Assembly (NCBI GenBank): GCA_011087645.1
Contig: JAALLF010000004.1
Location: 76,987 to 140,986 of the forward strand
DNA from: Alphaproteobacteria bacterium
Lineage (GTDB): Bacteria; Pseudomonadota; Alphaproteobacteria; UBA6615
Length of the DNA stretch: 64,000 bases
Direction of reading: 5' to 3'
Shown: in pieces, positions 29,858-39,629 of the stretch
How the letters are laid out: the number at the start of each line of letters is the position of its first letter
Numbering within the stretch: position 1 is the stretch's first letter
The notes under the pieces: model-generated
What the model saw: only the letters and a program-made list of their open reading frames with translations
Told to the model about the DNA's origin: nothing
The model's database searches: none
Translations under genes and position numbers: made by a program

Positions 29858-30523
29858 ATGACTTTGCAAATTGGCAACACCGCACCTGATTTCGTTGCTG
29901 AAACCACTGAAGGCAGCATTAATTTTTACGACTGGGTCGGCGACAGCTGGTGCGTTCTGTTTTCCCACCCGAAGGATTTTACGCCGGTCTGTACAACCGA
30001 ACTTGGCTATATGGCTAAGTTAAAACCCGAATTCGACAAGCGTAACGTCAAAATCATCGGCCTCAGCATCGATCCGGTCGACAATCACGACAAATGGCTG
30101 AAGGACATTGAGGATACGGCAGGCGTTCCGGTCAGCTATCCGCTCATCGGCGACACAAACCTCGCCGTGGCCAAACTTTACGGCATGCTCCCGGCCGACA
30201 CTGAAGGCGGCGCCGAAGGGCGCACGCCAGCTGACAATGCCACCGTGCGCAATGTCTATGTCGTCGGCCCTGATAAGGGGATCAAGTTGATGATTTCCTA
30301 TCCCATGAGCACCGGCCGCAACTTCGATGAAATTCTGCGCGCCATCGACTCGCTGCAACTCACCGCGAACCATCAAGTGGCAACCCCGGTGAATTGGAAG
30401 CAGGGCGAGGATGTCATCATTCTGCCGGCCATTTCTGATGAAGTAGCAAAAGGGAAATACCCGGACGGCTGGGAATCACCTAAGCCTTATATCCGGATCG
30501 TTCCTGATCCGAGCTATGGATAG
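29858..30523 (+). CDS. 1-Cys peroxiredoxin (Prx6-like)
   Basis: PDFVAETTEGSINFYDW...FTPVCTTE peroxidatic Cys motif; 221 aa, typical of 1-Cys Prx. Confidence 0.9.
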   Translation: MTLQIGNTAPDFVAETTEGSINFYDWVGDSWCVLFSHPKDFTPVCTTELGYMAKLKPEFDKRNVKIIGLSIDPVDNHDKWLKDIEDTAGVPVSYPLIGDTNLAVAKLYGMLPADTEGGAEGRTPADNATVRNVYVVGPDKGIKLMISYPMSTGRNFDEILRAIDSLQLTANHQVATPVNWKQGEDVIILPAISDEVAKGKYPDGWESPKPYIRIVPDPSYG

Positions 30524-30540
30524 CCACCATATTATGAATT

Positions 30541-30570
30541 GAAACGGGCGCTCTTCAGAGCGCCCGTTTC
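30541..30570. terminator. Bidirectional terminator hairpin (13-bp perfect stem GAAACGGGCGCTC-ttca-GAGCGCCCGTTTC) between convergent prx and hydrolase genes
   Basis: Perfect inverted repeat seen directly, 18 nt after the prx stop and 5 nt after the stop of the convergent gene. Confidence 0.8.
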
Positions 30571-30574
30571 GCGT

Positions 30575-31579
30575 TTAGTCGGCAGCCATCGGCATGCAAG
30601 CTTCCGCGTTCAATCCTTCGAGGAAGTGCACAATACCGCGGTCATGCCACCGGCCACCACGTCCATGAAAACCAACATGCCCGCCGCTGGGCGTGATCAC
30701 CGGCATCAGGTGATCGTTCGTCGACCAATCGACCGCGTGATACATCTCGACCGGTATCCAGGGATCGTTCGCGGCGTGAATGAGCATCGTCGGTATTTTG
30801 ATCCCATCGAGAAATTGCGCCGCGGAGCTTTGCGCGTAGTAATCGTCGGCGTCGGCAAAACCATTCAGCGGCGCCACCACTCTGTCATCGAGGGTATAGA
30901 TCGTCTTCGAGCGGCGCACCGCTTCTATTTGCTGGTTATCGAGGATCGAGGGACCGCCAAGCCATTCGCGCTTAGTGTTGGAAACAAGCCAGCGGTGATA
31001 AACGATATTTCGTGCCGCGTTTATGCGTTGGGTGGCGAGGCCAAGATCGATCGGCGCCGATATGGAAATAGCGGCATCGAGAGGCGTCACCGTTCCCTCC
31101 TCGCCCAAATATTTCATCAACACGCTTCCGCCGAGCGAAAAGCCGACGGCAGCCAGGCCGTTTACAGTAAGCCGCCGCGGAATGTCGCCGAGCACGCGTC
31201 GCACATCTTCGCTGCGCCCGGCATGATACATTTCCTGACACGCTGAGCGCGTCGGCCCTGCACCGCGAAGGTTAAGGCGCATCACTGGGAATCCGCTTTC
31301 CAGCAGATGCCGCGCCGTCGCCAAGACATAAGCGCTATCTGCACAGCCGGTAAAACCATGGATCAGCAGCACCGTGGGGAGTTTGCGGTCATTGGCCGGC
31401 CGATGGAACGACGCGCTCAATCGGTCACCGCTCTCCATGGGAAAGAAAAACGCCTCTGCCGGCCAGGCTTTTAGTTCCGCATAGTCATGCAGCACATGGT
31501 TGCGCACGGTCTGCAGATCCGGCCCCCACCAGGGAAAACGTGCGCGAAATGGCGGAAAGGATTCCGGAATACCAATCAT
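30575..31579 (-). CDS. Alpha/beta hydrolase (YheT-type)
   Basis: ORF 30575..31777. The likely start is MIGIPESF (ATG at 31579), immediately after the upstream gene's stop. GFSLGG nucleophile motif and a lid region. Confidence 0.7.
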   Translation of the reverse strand: MIGIPESFPPFRARFPWWGPDLQTVRNHVLHDYAELKAWPAEAFFFPMESGDRLSASFHRPANDRKLPTVLLIHGFTGCADSAYVLATARHLLESGFPVMRLNLRGAGPTRSACQEMYHAGRSEDVRRVLGDIPRRLTVNGLAAVGFSLGGSVLMKYLGEEGTVTPLDAAISISAPIDLGLATQRINAARNIVYHRWLVSNTKREWLGGPSILDNQQIEAVRRSKTIYTLDDRVVAPLNGFADADDYYAQSSAAQFLDGIKIPTMLIHAANDPWIPVEMYHAVDWSTNDHLMPVITPSGGHVGFHGRGGRWHDRGIVHFLEGLNAEACMPMAAD

Positions 31580-32415
31580 GCGCCGAGAAATCCTCGAATA
31601 GCGGCAATTTGACCATCCGCCTGCAAGGCGGGGGCATGGCCGATGCCGGTGAACTCGAGCAGCTCCGCCTCGGGGCCGCGGCGGGTCATCTCCGACGCCG
31701 TATCGGATAGCAGGATGTCGGACTCCGCACCACGCAGTACCAAGACCGGGCACGAAATTGCATCCCAAAAAGACCATATATCGACATCGATCATCGGTCC
31801 GTGGCGAAAGGCGTCGGTTATCGCAGGGTCGTAGGAGGGACTTATCGTACCATCATCGTTTTGACGCGCCCCGTGGGTTGCCATGCGTTGCCACTGCTCG
31901 TCGCTTAAGGGGCCAAACGGCGCATATACTTTCCGTAGATAGGACTCGAAGGCCATCATATCAGCGAATTTATTGTCGCCGACCATGTACGCCCCAATAC
32001 GTTCCAGCGCGACTTTGGGAACAAACGGACCGATATCATTGATCACCAATCGGCGTATCGGGCTGTCCGGCATAGCTGCCAGCATGATGCCAATAAGACC
32101 CCCCATCGAGGTTCCGACCCAATCGATGCGATCGACGCCAAGCCGGGCGATCAACGCATTCGCGTCCGCCATATACTGGGCATAGTTGTAACCAGCCGCA
32201 TCCGCCAACCAGCCGCTTTGCCCACGCCCAACGACGTCGAGGCAGGCCACGCGGTGGGACGATTGCAAATTTCCCGCCAGAGCATCGAAGCTGCGAGCAT
32301 TTTGGCTCAGTCCATGGACGCACACGATTGTGCCATCGTCGGGACTTCCCCATTCCGTATAATGGAGCCGGTGAAAGCCTTTTGGATTTAAACCAAGAAA
32401 TGAACGTGACCGCAT
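31576..32415 (-). CDS. Alpha/beta hydrolase
   Basis: HGLSQNARSFD...GTSMGG nucleophile elbow; the ORF-track start is a TTG, and ATG MRSRSF lies at 32415. Confidence 0.8.
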   Translation of the reverse strand: MRSRSFLGLNPKGFHRLHYTEWGSPDDGTIVCVHGLSQNARSFDALAGNLQSSHRVACLDVVGRGQSGWLADAAGYNYAQYMADANALIARLGVDRIDWVGTSMGGLIGIMLAAMPDSPIRRLVINDIGPFVPKVALERIGAYMVGDNKFADMMAFESYLRKVYAPFGPLSDEQWQRMATHGARQNDDGTISPSYDPAITDAFRHGPMIDVDIWSFWDAISCPVLVLRGAESDILLSDTASEMTRRGPEAELLEFTGIGHAPALQADGQIAAIRGFLGA

Positions 32416-32512
32416 CAAAGCGCGTCTCTACCTTAATCGAACAACTGAAGACATGACGTTTGCAGCCCCCTAGAGCAGCATGCAGCCATGGGGTCAAGAT
32501 ACGGAGGACACG

Positions 32513-32962
32513 ATGACGGAAATTTTAGTCGAACCGCCCCGCCCGGAGGACAAGGAGAGCTGGCGCGAACTCTTCGAAGGTTACCAGAATTTTTACAAGG
32601 TGCCGGAAAACCCACAGGTCGCCGAAACGGTTTGGCAATGGATTCACGACCCGGCCCATGCCACAGAATGCCTACTGGCACGGGAAACATCTGGCGCGGT
32701 CGTCGGTCTAGCGCACTTTCGAGATCTGCCACGGCCGCTTTCCGGGACCACGGCCGGGTTTCTCGACGATTTGTTCGTCACGCCCGAGGCGCGCGGCAGC
32801 GGCGCCGCCGACGCCTTGATCGCGGCGGTCAGCGCCATTGGCCGCGAACGGGGTTGGTCCTGGCTGCGCTGGTTCACAGCCGAAGACAATCACCGCGCCC
32901 GCGCCTTCTACGATCGGGTTGCTTATCTAAGCCAATGGCAGACTTATCAAGTCGATCTTTAG
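32513..32962 (+). CDS. GNAT-family N-acetyltransferase
   Basis: In-frame ATG at 32513 (MTEILV); acetyl-CoA-binding motif region RGSGAADALIAAV. Confidence 0.75.
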   Translation: MTEILVEPPRPEDKESWRELFEGYQNFYKVPENPQVAETVWQWIHDPAHATECLLARETSGAVVGLAHFRDLPRPLSGTTAGFLDDLFVTPEARGSGAADALIAAVSAIGRERGWSWLRWFTAEDNHRARAFYDRVAYLSQWQTYQVDL

Positions 32963-32972
32963 GATAATCGCT

Positions 32973-35363
32973 TTGCGGAAAACCGTTCGATATCTGGGAT
33001 ATGCCGTCGCCGGCTTAGCGGGGCTGGTGATCGTTATTTTCATCACCGTCGCGGTGGGGAGCGCAATCATCCTCGACACAAGCGTTCCCGAATATACGGG
33101 CCGCGACCGGATTGCTCAATTGGATGGTTCCGTAACGGTTATCCGTGACCGCAATGCGGTTCCCCACATCTTCGCCGACACCTCGCTCGACGCTTACCGG
33201 GCGCTCGGTTACCTCCACGCCCAAGACCGCTTTTTCCAGATGGAGATGGCACGGCGCATTGGAACCGGTCGGCTATCGGAATTGATCGGCGCCACAGGTC
33301 TGCGCACCGATCGTTTCATGCGCACCCTGGGCATTGGCGCACTAGCCGACGCGGCGGTCGCCAATGCCGCACCGGAAACGCGTGAGGTTCTCGATGCCTA
33401 TACCGACGGTGTGAACGCCTGGCTCGACTCGCCCCATACGGGCCGGCCGCCGGAACTGATCTTTTTGGCCGAACAGCCGAGGCCCTGGCGCGCCGCCGAC
33501 AGCGCGATCTGGGGCCGACTGATGGCCTTGCTGTTATCGGGCAATTGGACCGATGAGTTGCTGCGATCGCAATTAGCCGCACGACTGGCTCCGGAACAAA
33601 TCAACGATTTATGGCCTGGCGAACCGGGGAACACCCCCACGACGCTGGCCGACCTGGGCGGCCAACTCAACCTCGCTGATATCGACAGGGCTATTCCGGA
33701 ATTTCTATTTCAGGCCAGCGCCTCCAACCAGTGGGTGGTTGACGGCGATCGCAGCACCAGTGGCAAGCCTTTGCTGGCTAACGACCCCCATCTCGGATTC
33801 ATGGCGCCGGGCATGTGGTATTTGGCTCGCATCGTGACGCCGGATTTCACCGGCGCCGGGGCCACATTACCCGGCCAGCCTTTCTTCGCGGTCGGCCACA
33901 ACAGCGATCTCGCCTGGGGCTTCACCACCACCCATGCCGACACTCAGGATTTATTCATCGAGCGCCTCAATCCCGACGATCCGAGCCACTATCTGGTACC
34001 CGGCGGCAGCCTGCCCTTCGAGATACGGCGCGAAGAAATATCGGTTCGTTTTCGCAGCGAACCGGAAATACTGAATGTTCGCAAAACGCGCCACGGCCCG
34101 GTCATATCGGACATCAGCTCTACTGCCGCGACGGTGGCGCCGGCAGGCCATGTATTGGCCCTCGCCTTCCCGGCATTACGGTCCGATGATCGAACCGCCG
34201 ACGCGCTGTTCGGCATCAACCGCGCCAAGACCCGCGATGAGCTGATGACCGTGTTGGCGCAGTTCCACTCGCCGATGCAAAATATGGTCTACGCCTTCAC
34301 CAATGGCGATATCGGTTTTGTGGCGCCGGCACGCGTTCCCCTTCGCAAAAGCGGTGACGGGCGGACGCCAGTTCCCGGATGGACCGGCGATCACGATTGG
34401 CAGGGCTTTATCCCCTTTGCCGAATTGCCCCAGCAGCACAATCCGACGCGGGGCTGGATTGCCAACGCGAATAATCGCGTGGTCGACAACGAGTACCCCT
34501 ACTTGATCACCCCCGATTGGCCAGAGGGCTACCGGGCGCAGCGTGTCTCGCGGTTGCTCGGAAACGCCGCCCAACATGACAGCGACAGCTTCGCCACCAT
34601 ACAAAGCGATATCGTCTCGCCGGCCGCGACAGAACTGTTGCCGTTACTGTTGCGTCATCTCGACCCGCCCCACGATGCCGTTTCCCAACAAGCGATCGAC
34701 CTGTTGCGCGACTGGGATAGCGCCATGGCGCGCGCTCAGCCCCAACCCTTAATATTCACCACCTGGCTGCAATCGCTCGGGACTGAACTTTACGATGACG
34801 AGTTAGGACCGCTGGCGCCGCGCTACGGCGGTGTTCGCCCCCGCGTGGTGCAACGCATGTTGAATGAGCGTCCCGATTGGTGCGACGACATCGATACGAC
34901 GGCGACCGAGGACTGTAGAGCGGTGGTTACCGCGGCGTTTACAGCTGCCATCGACGATCTGCGTGAACGGCTGAGCGATGACCCCACGGCATGGCGCTGG
35001 GGCGACCTTCATGTGGCGCGCTTCGAACATCCGATACTGCGTCGAATTCCAGTCTTGGGCGACTTATTCGCGGTGACAATCGCCACCAGTGGCGGGGACT
35101 TCACCATCAACCGAGGCACTCCACGGGTGACGAATAAGAGCCCGTTTACTCACGTCCATGGCGCCGGACTCCGGGCGATCTTCGATCTTTCCGATCTCGA
35201 TAATTCGCGCCTGATGATCGCTACCGGGCAATCGGGACATGTCCGCTCACCCTACTTCGCTAACACCACGGTCGATTGGCGCGACGGACGCTATCTCGTG
35301 TTAAAAGGTGATCCTATGAATGTACGTGACAGGACAACCGGCGAGTTGATTCTCGAGCCATGA
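32973..35363 (+). CDS. Penicillin acylase-family Ntn hydrolase (penicillin amidase / possible acyl-homoserine-lactone acylase)
   Basis: 796 aa; N-terminal signal/TM; the catalytic beta-subunit N-terminus motif SNQWVVDG follows a spacer, and the whole protein has a PvdQ/PGA-like architecture. Confidence 0.85.
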   Translation: MRKTVRYLGYAVAGLAGLVIVIFITVAVGSAIILDTSVPEYTGRDRIAQLDGSVTVIRDRNAVPHIFADTSLDAYRALGYLHAQDRFFQMEMARRIGTGRLSELIGATGLRTDRFMRTLGIGALADAAVANAAPETREVLDAYTDGVNAWLDSPHTGRPPELIFLAEQPRPWRAADSAIWGRLMALLLSGNWTDELLRSQLAARLAPEQINDLWPGEPGNTPTTLADLGGQLNLADIDRAIPEFLFQASASNQWVVDGDRSTSGKPLLANDPHLGFMAPGMWYLARIVTPDFTGAGATLPGQPFFAVGHNSDLAWGFTTTHADTQDLFIERLNPDDPSHYLVPGGSLPFEIRREEISVRFRSEPEILNVRKTRHGPVISDISSTAATVAPAGHVLALAFPALRSDDRTADALFGINRAKTRDELMTVLAQFHSPMQNMVYAFTNGDIGFVAPARVPLRKSGDGRTPVPGWTGDHDWQGFIPFAELPQQHNPTRGWIANANNRVVDNEYPYLITPDWPEGYRAQRVSRLLGNAAQHDSDSFATIQSDIVSPAATELLPLLLRHLDPPHDAVSQQAIDLLRDWDSAMARAQPQPLIFTTWLQSLGTELYDDELGPLAPRYGGVRPRVVQRMLNERPDWCDDIDTTATEDCRAVVTAAFTAAIDDLRERLSDDPTAWRWGDLHVARFEHPILRRIPVLGDLFAVTIATSGGDFTINRGTPRVTNKSPFTHVHGAGLRAIFDLSDLDNSRLMIATGQSGHVRSPYFANTTVDWRDGRYLVLKGDPMNVRDRTTGELILEP

Positions 35364-36589
35364 CCATAACGCGCAAAGATATCGAGGCCGCGGCCACTGT
35401 CATTCAGGGCTCGGTGGTCCATACGCCAACTGTTCTGTCCCCGGGACTATCGCGGGTCGCCGGCATGGATCTGTATCTCAAGCTCGAGAACCTGCAGCAC
35501 ACTGGATCGTTCAAAGTGCGTGGCGCGCTCAACAAACTCACCAGCCTGCACCGCGAAGAGACCACCGGAATCATCGCTTGCTCCGCCGGCAATCATGGGC
35601 AAGGCGTTGCCTATTTTGCCGATAGGCTGGGTTTTCCCGCGACCATCGTCATGCCCAAGGATACGCCGTTCACGAAGATCGAACGAACCGAGCGCTACGG
35701 CGCTAAAGTGGTGTTGGAAGGTGATTCGCTCGCCGACGCTCAGGCATTTACCAATGACCTAGCATCGACAGAGAAGCTGACCTTCATCCATCCCTATGAT
35801 GACCCGCACGTCATCGCGGGCCAGGGCACGATCGGCCTTGAAATGCTCGCCGACTTGCCGGAGTTGGATACCATCGTTGTGCCGGTCGGCGGTGGCGGTC
35901 TGATCGCCGGCATCGCCACAGCGGCAAAAGCGATCAAGCCGGACATCCGGATCATCGGGGTCGAGACGGCGTCTTATCCATCAATGCGCGACGCCTTGGC
36001 TGGCCGACCAGTCACGGCTGGCGGCGCGACCCTGGCCGAGGGAATCGCGGTGAAGACACCGGGGGCGCACACCCTGCCCATCATCCGCAACTTGGTCGAC
36101 CAGATTATCGTGCTTGACGAGCTGGCTATCGAAAACGCCGTCGAGCTGATGGCCGATACTGGCCGGTTGGTGGTTGAAGGGGCCGGCGCGGTGCCGCTAG
36201 GGGCGGTCCTGGCTGAACCCGACCTGTTCCGCGACAGCGTCACCGGCCTGGTGGTCAGCGGCGGCAATATCGATATGCGGGTGCTCGCCTCGGTCCTGCT
36301 GCGCGGCTTGGTGCGGGGCGGCCAATTGGTACGACTGCGGATCCAAATCACCGATGCACCGGGTAATTTGGCCCAAGTGACCCAGATTATCGGCAAAGCC
36401 GGCGGTAATATCGTGGAGATCGTGCACCAACGCTTATTCTACGATGTGCCAGTAAAACAGACCGATATCGACGTTGTAATCGAGACCCGGAACGCCAGTC
36501 ATACCGCCGAAATTCAGGATAAGCTTGAAGGCGCCGGCTGGCCGACCTTTGCGCTCAGCGATATCGCCGCCTCGCCACCATCGTCCTAA
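35360..36589 (+). CDS. ilvA: Threonine ammonia-lyase (short form with single ACT-like domain)
   Basis: PLP-Lys motif HTGSFKVRGA; SAGNHGQGVAY; regulatory domain at the C-terminus; ATGA overlap with the upstream gene. Confidence 0.88.
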   Translation: MTITRKDIEAAATVIQGSVVHTPTVLSPGLSRVAGMDLYLKLENLQHTGSFKVRGALNKLTSLHREETTGIIACSAGNHGQGVAYFADRLGFPATIVMPKDTPFTKIERTERYGAKVVLEGDSLADAQAFTNDLASTEKLTFIHPYDDPHVIAGQGTIGLEMLADLPELDTIVVPVGGGGLIAGIATAAKAIKPDIRIIGVETASYPSMRDALAGRPVTAGGATLAEGIAVKTPGAHTLPIIRNLVDQIIVLDELAIENAVELMADTGRLVVEGAGAVPLGAVLAEPDLFRDSVTGLVVSGGNIDMRVLASVLLRGLVRGGQLVRLRIQITDAPGNLAQVTQIIGKAGGNIVEIVHQRLFYDVPVKQTDIDVVIETRNASHTAEIQDKLEGAGWPTFALSDIAASPPSS

Positions 36590-36661
36590 ACGGCTTTTTA
36601 ACCACTCTCACGCAATCTAGCCCAAACTAAATGCCGCAGAATTCAGCGGGTTGGGATTACT

Positions 36662-37522
36662 ATGTTTGTATTAATCGGGTGGGTCATCGTCGCCGCTTCC
36701 GTTTTGGGAGGATATGTCGCCTTGGGCGGCAAGCTCATCGTGCTGTATCAGCCGTTCGAGTTGGTGATCATTGGCGGCGCGGCTGTTGGCGCCTTTATCG
36801 CCGGCAATCCGAAATGGGTCATCAAATCAACTGGCGGGGCTGTAAAGACCGCCTTTAAGGGGCCGGCGAAAAGTAAGGACGATTATCTCGAATTACTATC
36901 GATGATGTACGCCACCTTCAAGTTGGCGAAGACCAAGGGCAATCTCGAACTCGAACAACATATCGAGAACCCGGAAGAAAGCACCCTATTCTCAAATTTC
37001 CCCGGCTTCCTGAGCGACCATCATGCGGTAGAGTTTTTCTGCGATTACTTGCGCCTGGTCACGCTCGGCACCGAGAAAGCCCATGAACTCGAAGCGTTGA
37101 TGGATGAAGAAATTGAAATCCATCATCATCAAGACGAAACGGTCGCCAGCGCCATGCAGGGCATGGCCGACGGTTTTCCCGCGCTGGGGATTGTCGCGGC
37201 CGTGTTGGGCATTATCAAAACCATGGGCTCGATCACCGAACCGCCGGAAATTCTCGGCAAGCTGATCGGTGGCGCGCTGGTCGGTACGTTCTTGGGCATT
37301 CTCTTGGCCTATGGGTTTGTCGCGCCCCTGGCGACCGCGATCAAAGGCGCGCAAGAAGCCAATAGCAAATATATCGTCTGCCTCAAGGCCGGCATCCTGG
37401 CCCATGTCCAAGGTTATGCCCCGGCAGTGTCGGTCGAGTTCGCCCGCAAGGCCTTGATGTCAGGCGAACGTCCCACCTTCGCCGAGCTGGAAGAAGCGAC
37501 CGCAGCCGCACCGACCGCTTAA
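36662..37522 (+). CDS. motA: Flagellar motor stator protein MotA
   Basis: Four TM helices with a conserved C-terminal plug and TM3-4 region (GALVGTFLGILLAYGFVAPLA). Confidence 0.9.
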   Translation: MFVLIGWVIVAASVLGGYVALGGKLIVLYQPFELVIIGGAAVGAFIAGNPKWVIKSTGGAVKTAFKGPAKSKDDYLELLSMMYATFKLAKTKGNLELEQHIENPEESTLFSNFPGFLSDHHAVEFFCDYLRLVTLGTEKAHELEALMDEEIEIHHHQDETVASAMQGMADGFPALGIVAAVLGIIKTMGSITEPPEILGKLIGGALVGTFLGILLAYGFVAPLATAIKGAQEANSKYIVCLKAGILAHVQGYAPAVSVEFARKALMSGERPTFAELEEATAAAPTA

Positions 37523-37549
37523 GGCAAAGCGGCAAACGATAGTGACTTT

Positions 37550-38593
37550 ATGACGGATCTCCTCGATCAACCGATCATAATCAAGAAGGTCAAGAAGGGT
37601 GGCCATGGCCACCATGGCGGCGCGTGGAAAGTCGCCTATGCCGATTTCGTGACCGCCATGATGGCGTTCTTTCTGTTGCTGTGGTTGCTCAACGCGACCA
37701 CCGAAGAACAGAAAAGCGGCCTCGCCGACTATTTCTCGCCGGCCTCGGTATCCAGCACGGGCAGCGGCTCGGGCGGTGTCTTGGGTGGACAATCGATCAG
37801 CGTCGAGGGCAATCAGGTTTCTGCCGGCGGCCCAACCGAAGGCGGCGCTACCCTGCCGATCCCGCCGAGCCAGACCCCCCCGGCGGAAGTCGAAAGTGAC
37901 GATCCGGACGCCGAAGTGGTCGACTCCGATACCGCCGAAGAAGTGGTGCAAGAAAGTGTCGACGAGTTACTTGCCCGGCACGAACAGGAACAATTCGAGG
38001 CGGCGGAGGACAGTTTACGCGACGCCATCGAATCCATCCCCGAGCTCGAGGCGTTGCAAGACAGTCTTGTCATTGAGCAAACGCCTGAAGGCCTGCGTAT
38101 CCAGCTAATCGATCAGGCCGGCTATCCGATGTTCGCATCGGGCAGCGCGAACGCAAACGAGCAACTCATCCAACTGATCGGACTGGTTACCCAAATAGTG
38201 ACCCAACTGCCCAATAAGCTCGCCATTTCTGGTCACACCGATAGCGTCCCGTTCCGCAACGCTGATGGCTATACCAACTGGGAATTGAGTTCTGACCGGG
38301 CCAATGCCGCGCGCCGTCTGTTGGTCGAAGGCGGACTGGATGAGGAACGGGTCGCCAACGTGCAGGGCCGCTCCGCGACGGAACCATTTGTGCCCGAAGA
38401 CACGACCGATCCGAGCAATCGACGCATCAGCATCGTCTTGTTGCGCGAAAATACGCCTGGGGCCCCCATATTCGACGAAAATTCCGGGCCCACGATCTTC
38501 TCTGACGAACGCGAGGTCGAGCGAGCGCCGGCACCTAAGCGAGAGGTCCCGCTGGAAGACGCCCGCACTCAAAACATTAGCCCTCGCGGTTAA
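37550..38593 (+). CDS. motB: Flagellar motor protein MotB (OmpA-like C-terminal domain)
   Basis: AWKVAYADFVTAMMAFFLLLWL TM and plug; C-terminal OmpA-like peptidoglycan-binding region (ISGHTDSVPF...NRRISIVLL). Confidence 0.88.
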   Translation: MTDLLDQPIIIKKVKKGGHGHHGGAWKVAYADFVTAMMAFFLLLWLLNATTEEQKSGLADYFSPASVSSTGSGSGGVLGGQSISVEGNQVSAGGPTEGGATLPIPPSQTPPAEVESDDPDAEVVDSDTAEEVVQESVDELLARHEQEQFEAAEDSLRDAIESIPELEALQDSLVIEQTPEGLRIQLIDQAGYPMFASGSANANEQLIQLIGLVTQIVTQLPNKLAISGHTDSVPFRNADGYTNWELSSDRANAARRLLVEGGLDEERVANVQGRSATEPFVPEDTTDPSNRRISIVLLRENTPGAPIFDENSGPTIFSDEREVERAPAPKREVPLEDARTQNISPRG

Positions 38594-38647
38594 CCAAGTT
38601 TCAGGGAATTGCCGCAACTCGCGGTTATCGATAGAGTCTTGCCAAGT

Positions 38648-38683
38648 AACGCGCGCTCGCCGTCTAGAAGGAGCGCGTTTTGA
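38648..38683 (+). terminator. Rho-independent terminator after motB
   Basis: AACGCGCGCTC-loop-GAGCGCGTT followed by TTTTG. Confidence 0.65.
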
Positions 38684-38705
38684 GCAACAGTAATCCGTCG
38701 TATCG

Positions 38706-39422
38706 ATGACCAGCCACGCGTCAAAGCCTCCCCTCGTATTTTATCGGACCGGCCCGATGCCATGCCCTTACCTGGCAGGCAATGTCGAGCGCAATTTGTT
38801 TACCGAGCTGCGCGGCGTTCAGGCGCAAGAACAGCATGAAACCCTCACCCGGGCCGGATTTCGACGCTCGCACCACATTGTCTATCGGCCTGCCTGTCCT
38901 GGTTGTACCGGCTGCGTGCCGGTCCGCATCGTCGCCAAAGAATTTCGACCCACCCGTTCCGAACGCCGGATATTACGGCGCAACACGGATTTATCCGCCA
39001 CCCTGCTAGAACCCGTGGCGACCGACGAACATTACGCGGTATTCGCGGCCTATCAGCGCGAACGCCATGGCGACGGCGAAATGGCGGCGATGACGTTTTC
39101 GGATTTCCGCGCCATGGTGGAAGACACCGCCGTCGATACCCAGCTCGTCGAATTCCGAAATAGCGACGGTGAATTGATTGCCGGCTGCCTCGTCGACCGT
39201 ATTAGCGACGCTTTCTCGGCGGTCTATAGCTATTACGACCCCCGAAATTCCGATCGCAGCCTAGGTAATTTCATGATCCTGTGGCTTGTTGAAACCGCGG
39301 CGAGCGTCGGCCTGGATTACGTCTATCTAGGCTACTGGATCGAAGACTGTGAAAAGATGGCCTACAAAACCCGCTATCGGCCGATCGAGCTGATGGGTGA
39401 CACCGGCTGGCAAACTCTGTAG
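38706..39422 (+). CDS. bpt: Aspartate/glutamate leucyltransferase Bpt (arginyl-tRNA-protein transferase family)
   Basis: PCPYL...ERNLF N-terminal motif and the ATE_C-like core (GYWIEDCEKMAYK). Confidence 0.88.
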   Translation: MTSHASKPPLVFYRTGPMPCPYLAGNVERNLFTELRGVQAQEQHETLTRAGFRRSHHIVYRPACPGCTGCVPVRIVAKEFRPTRSERRILRRNTDLSATLLEPVATDEHYAVFAAYQRERHGDGEMAAMTFSDFRAMVEDTAVDTQLVEFRNSDGELIAGCLVDRISDAFSAVYSYYDPRNSDRSLGNFMILWLVETAASVGLDYVYLGYWIEDCEKMAYKTRYRPIELMGDTGWQTL

Positions 39423-39478
39423 CGCCCCGCAAGACACTCCCCAACCACTACTACTATCGTCTAGGCCCCACCCCGTTG

Positions 39479-39510
39479 CCCAAGTTGTAGGGCTGCCCTA
39501 AGGTGCTTGG
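39479..39510 (+). terminator. Nested stem-loop (CCAAGTTG-TAGGGCtGCCCTA-AGGTGCTTGG) after bpt
   Basis: Inverted repeats seen about 57 nt after the bpt stop; no U-tract. Confidence 0.3.
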
Positions 39511-39629
39511 AAATCGATTGGCAGCAACGCCTTATACGCTGATCGAGATTCAATTTACCGAGGCGGCTTGTTTCCGTTGTCGAGCTGTCATCGGGTAATA
39601 ATCAATGACGAGAAGTGAGGGAGAATATC

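Noticed and set aside
30541-30570. The 13-bp perfect inverted repeat considered as a mobile-element terminal repeat or REP element
   Set aside because: It is a single copy in the window, sits exactly between two convergent stop codons, and is fully explained as a bidirectional intrinsic terminator.
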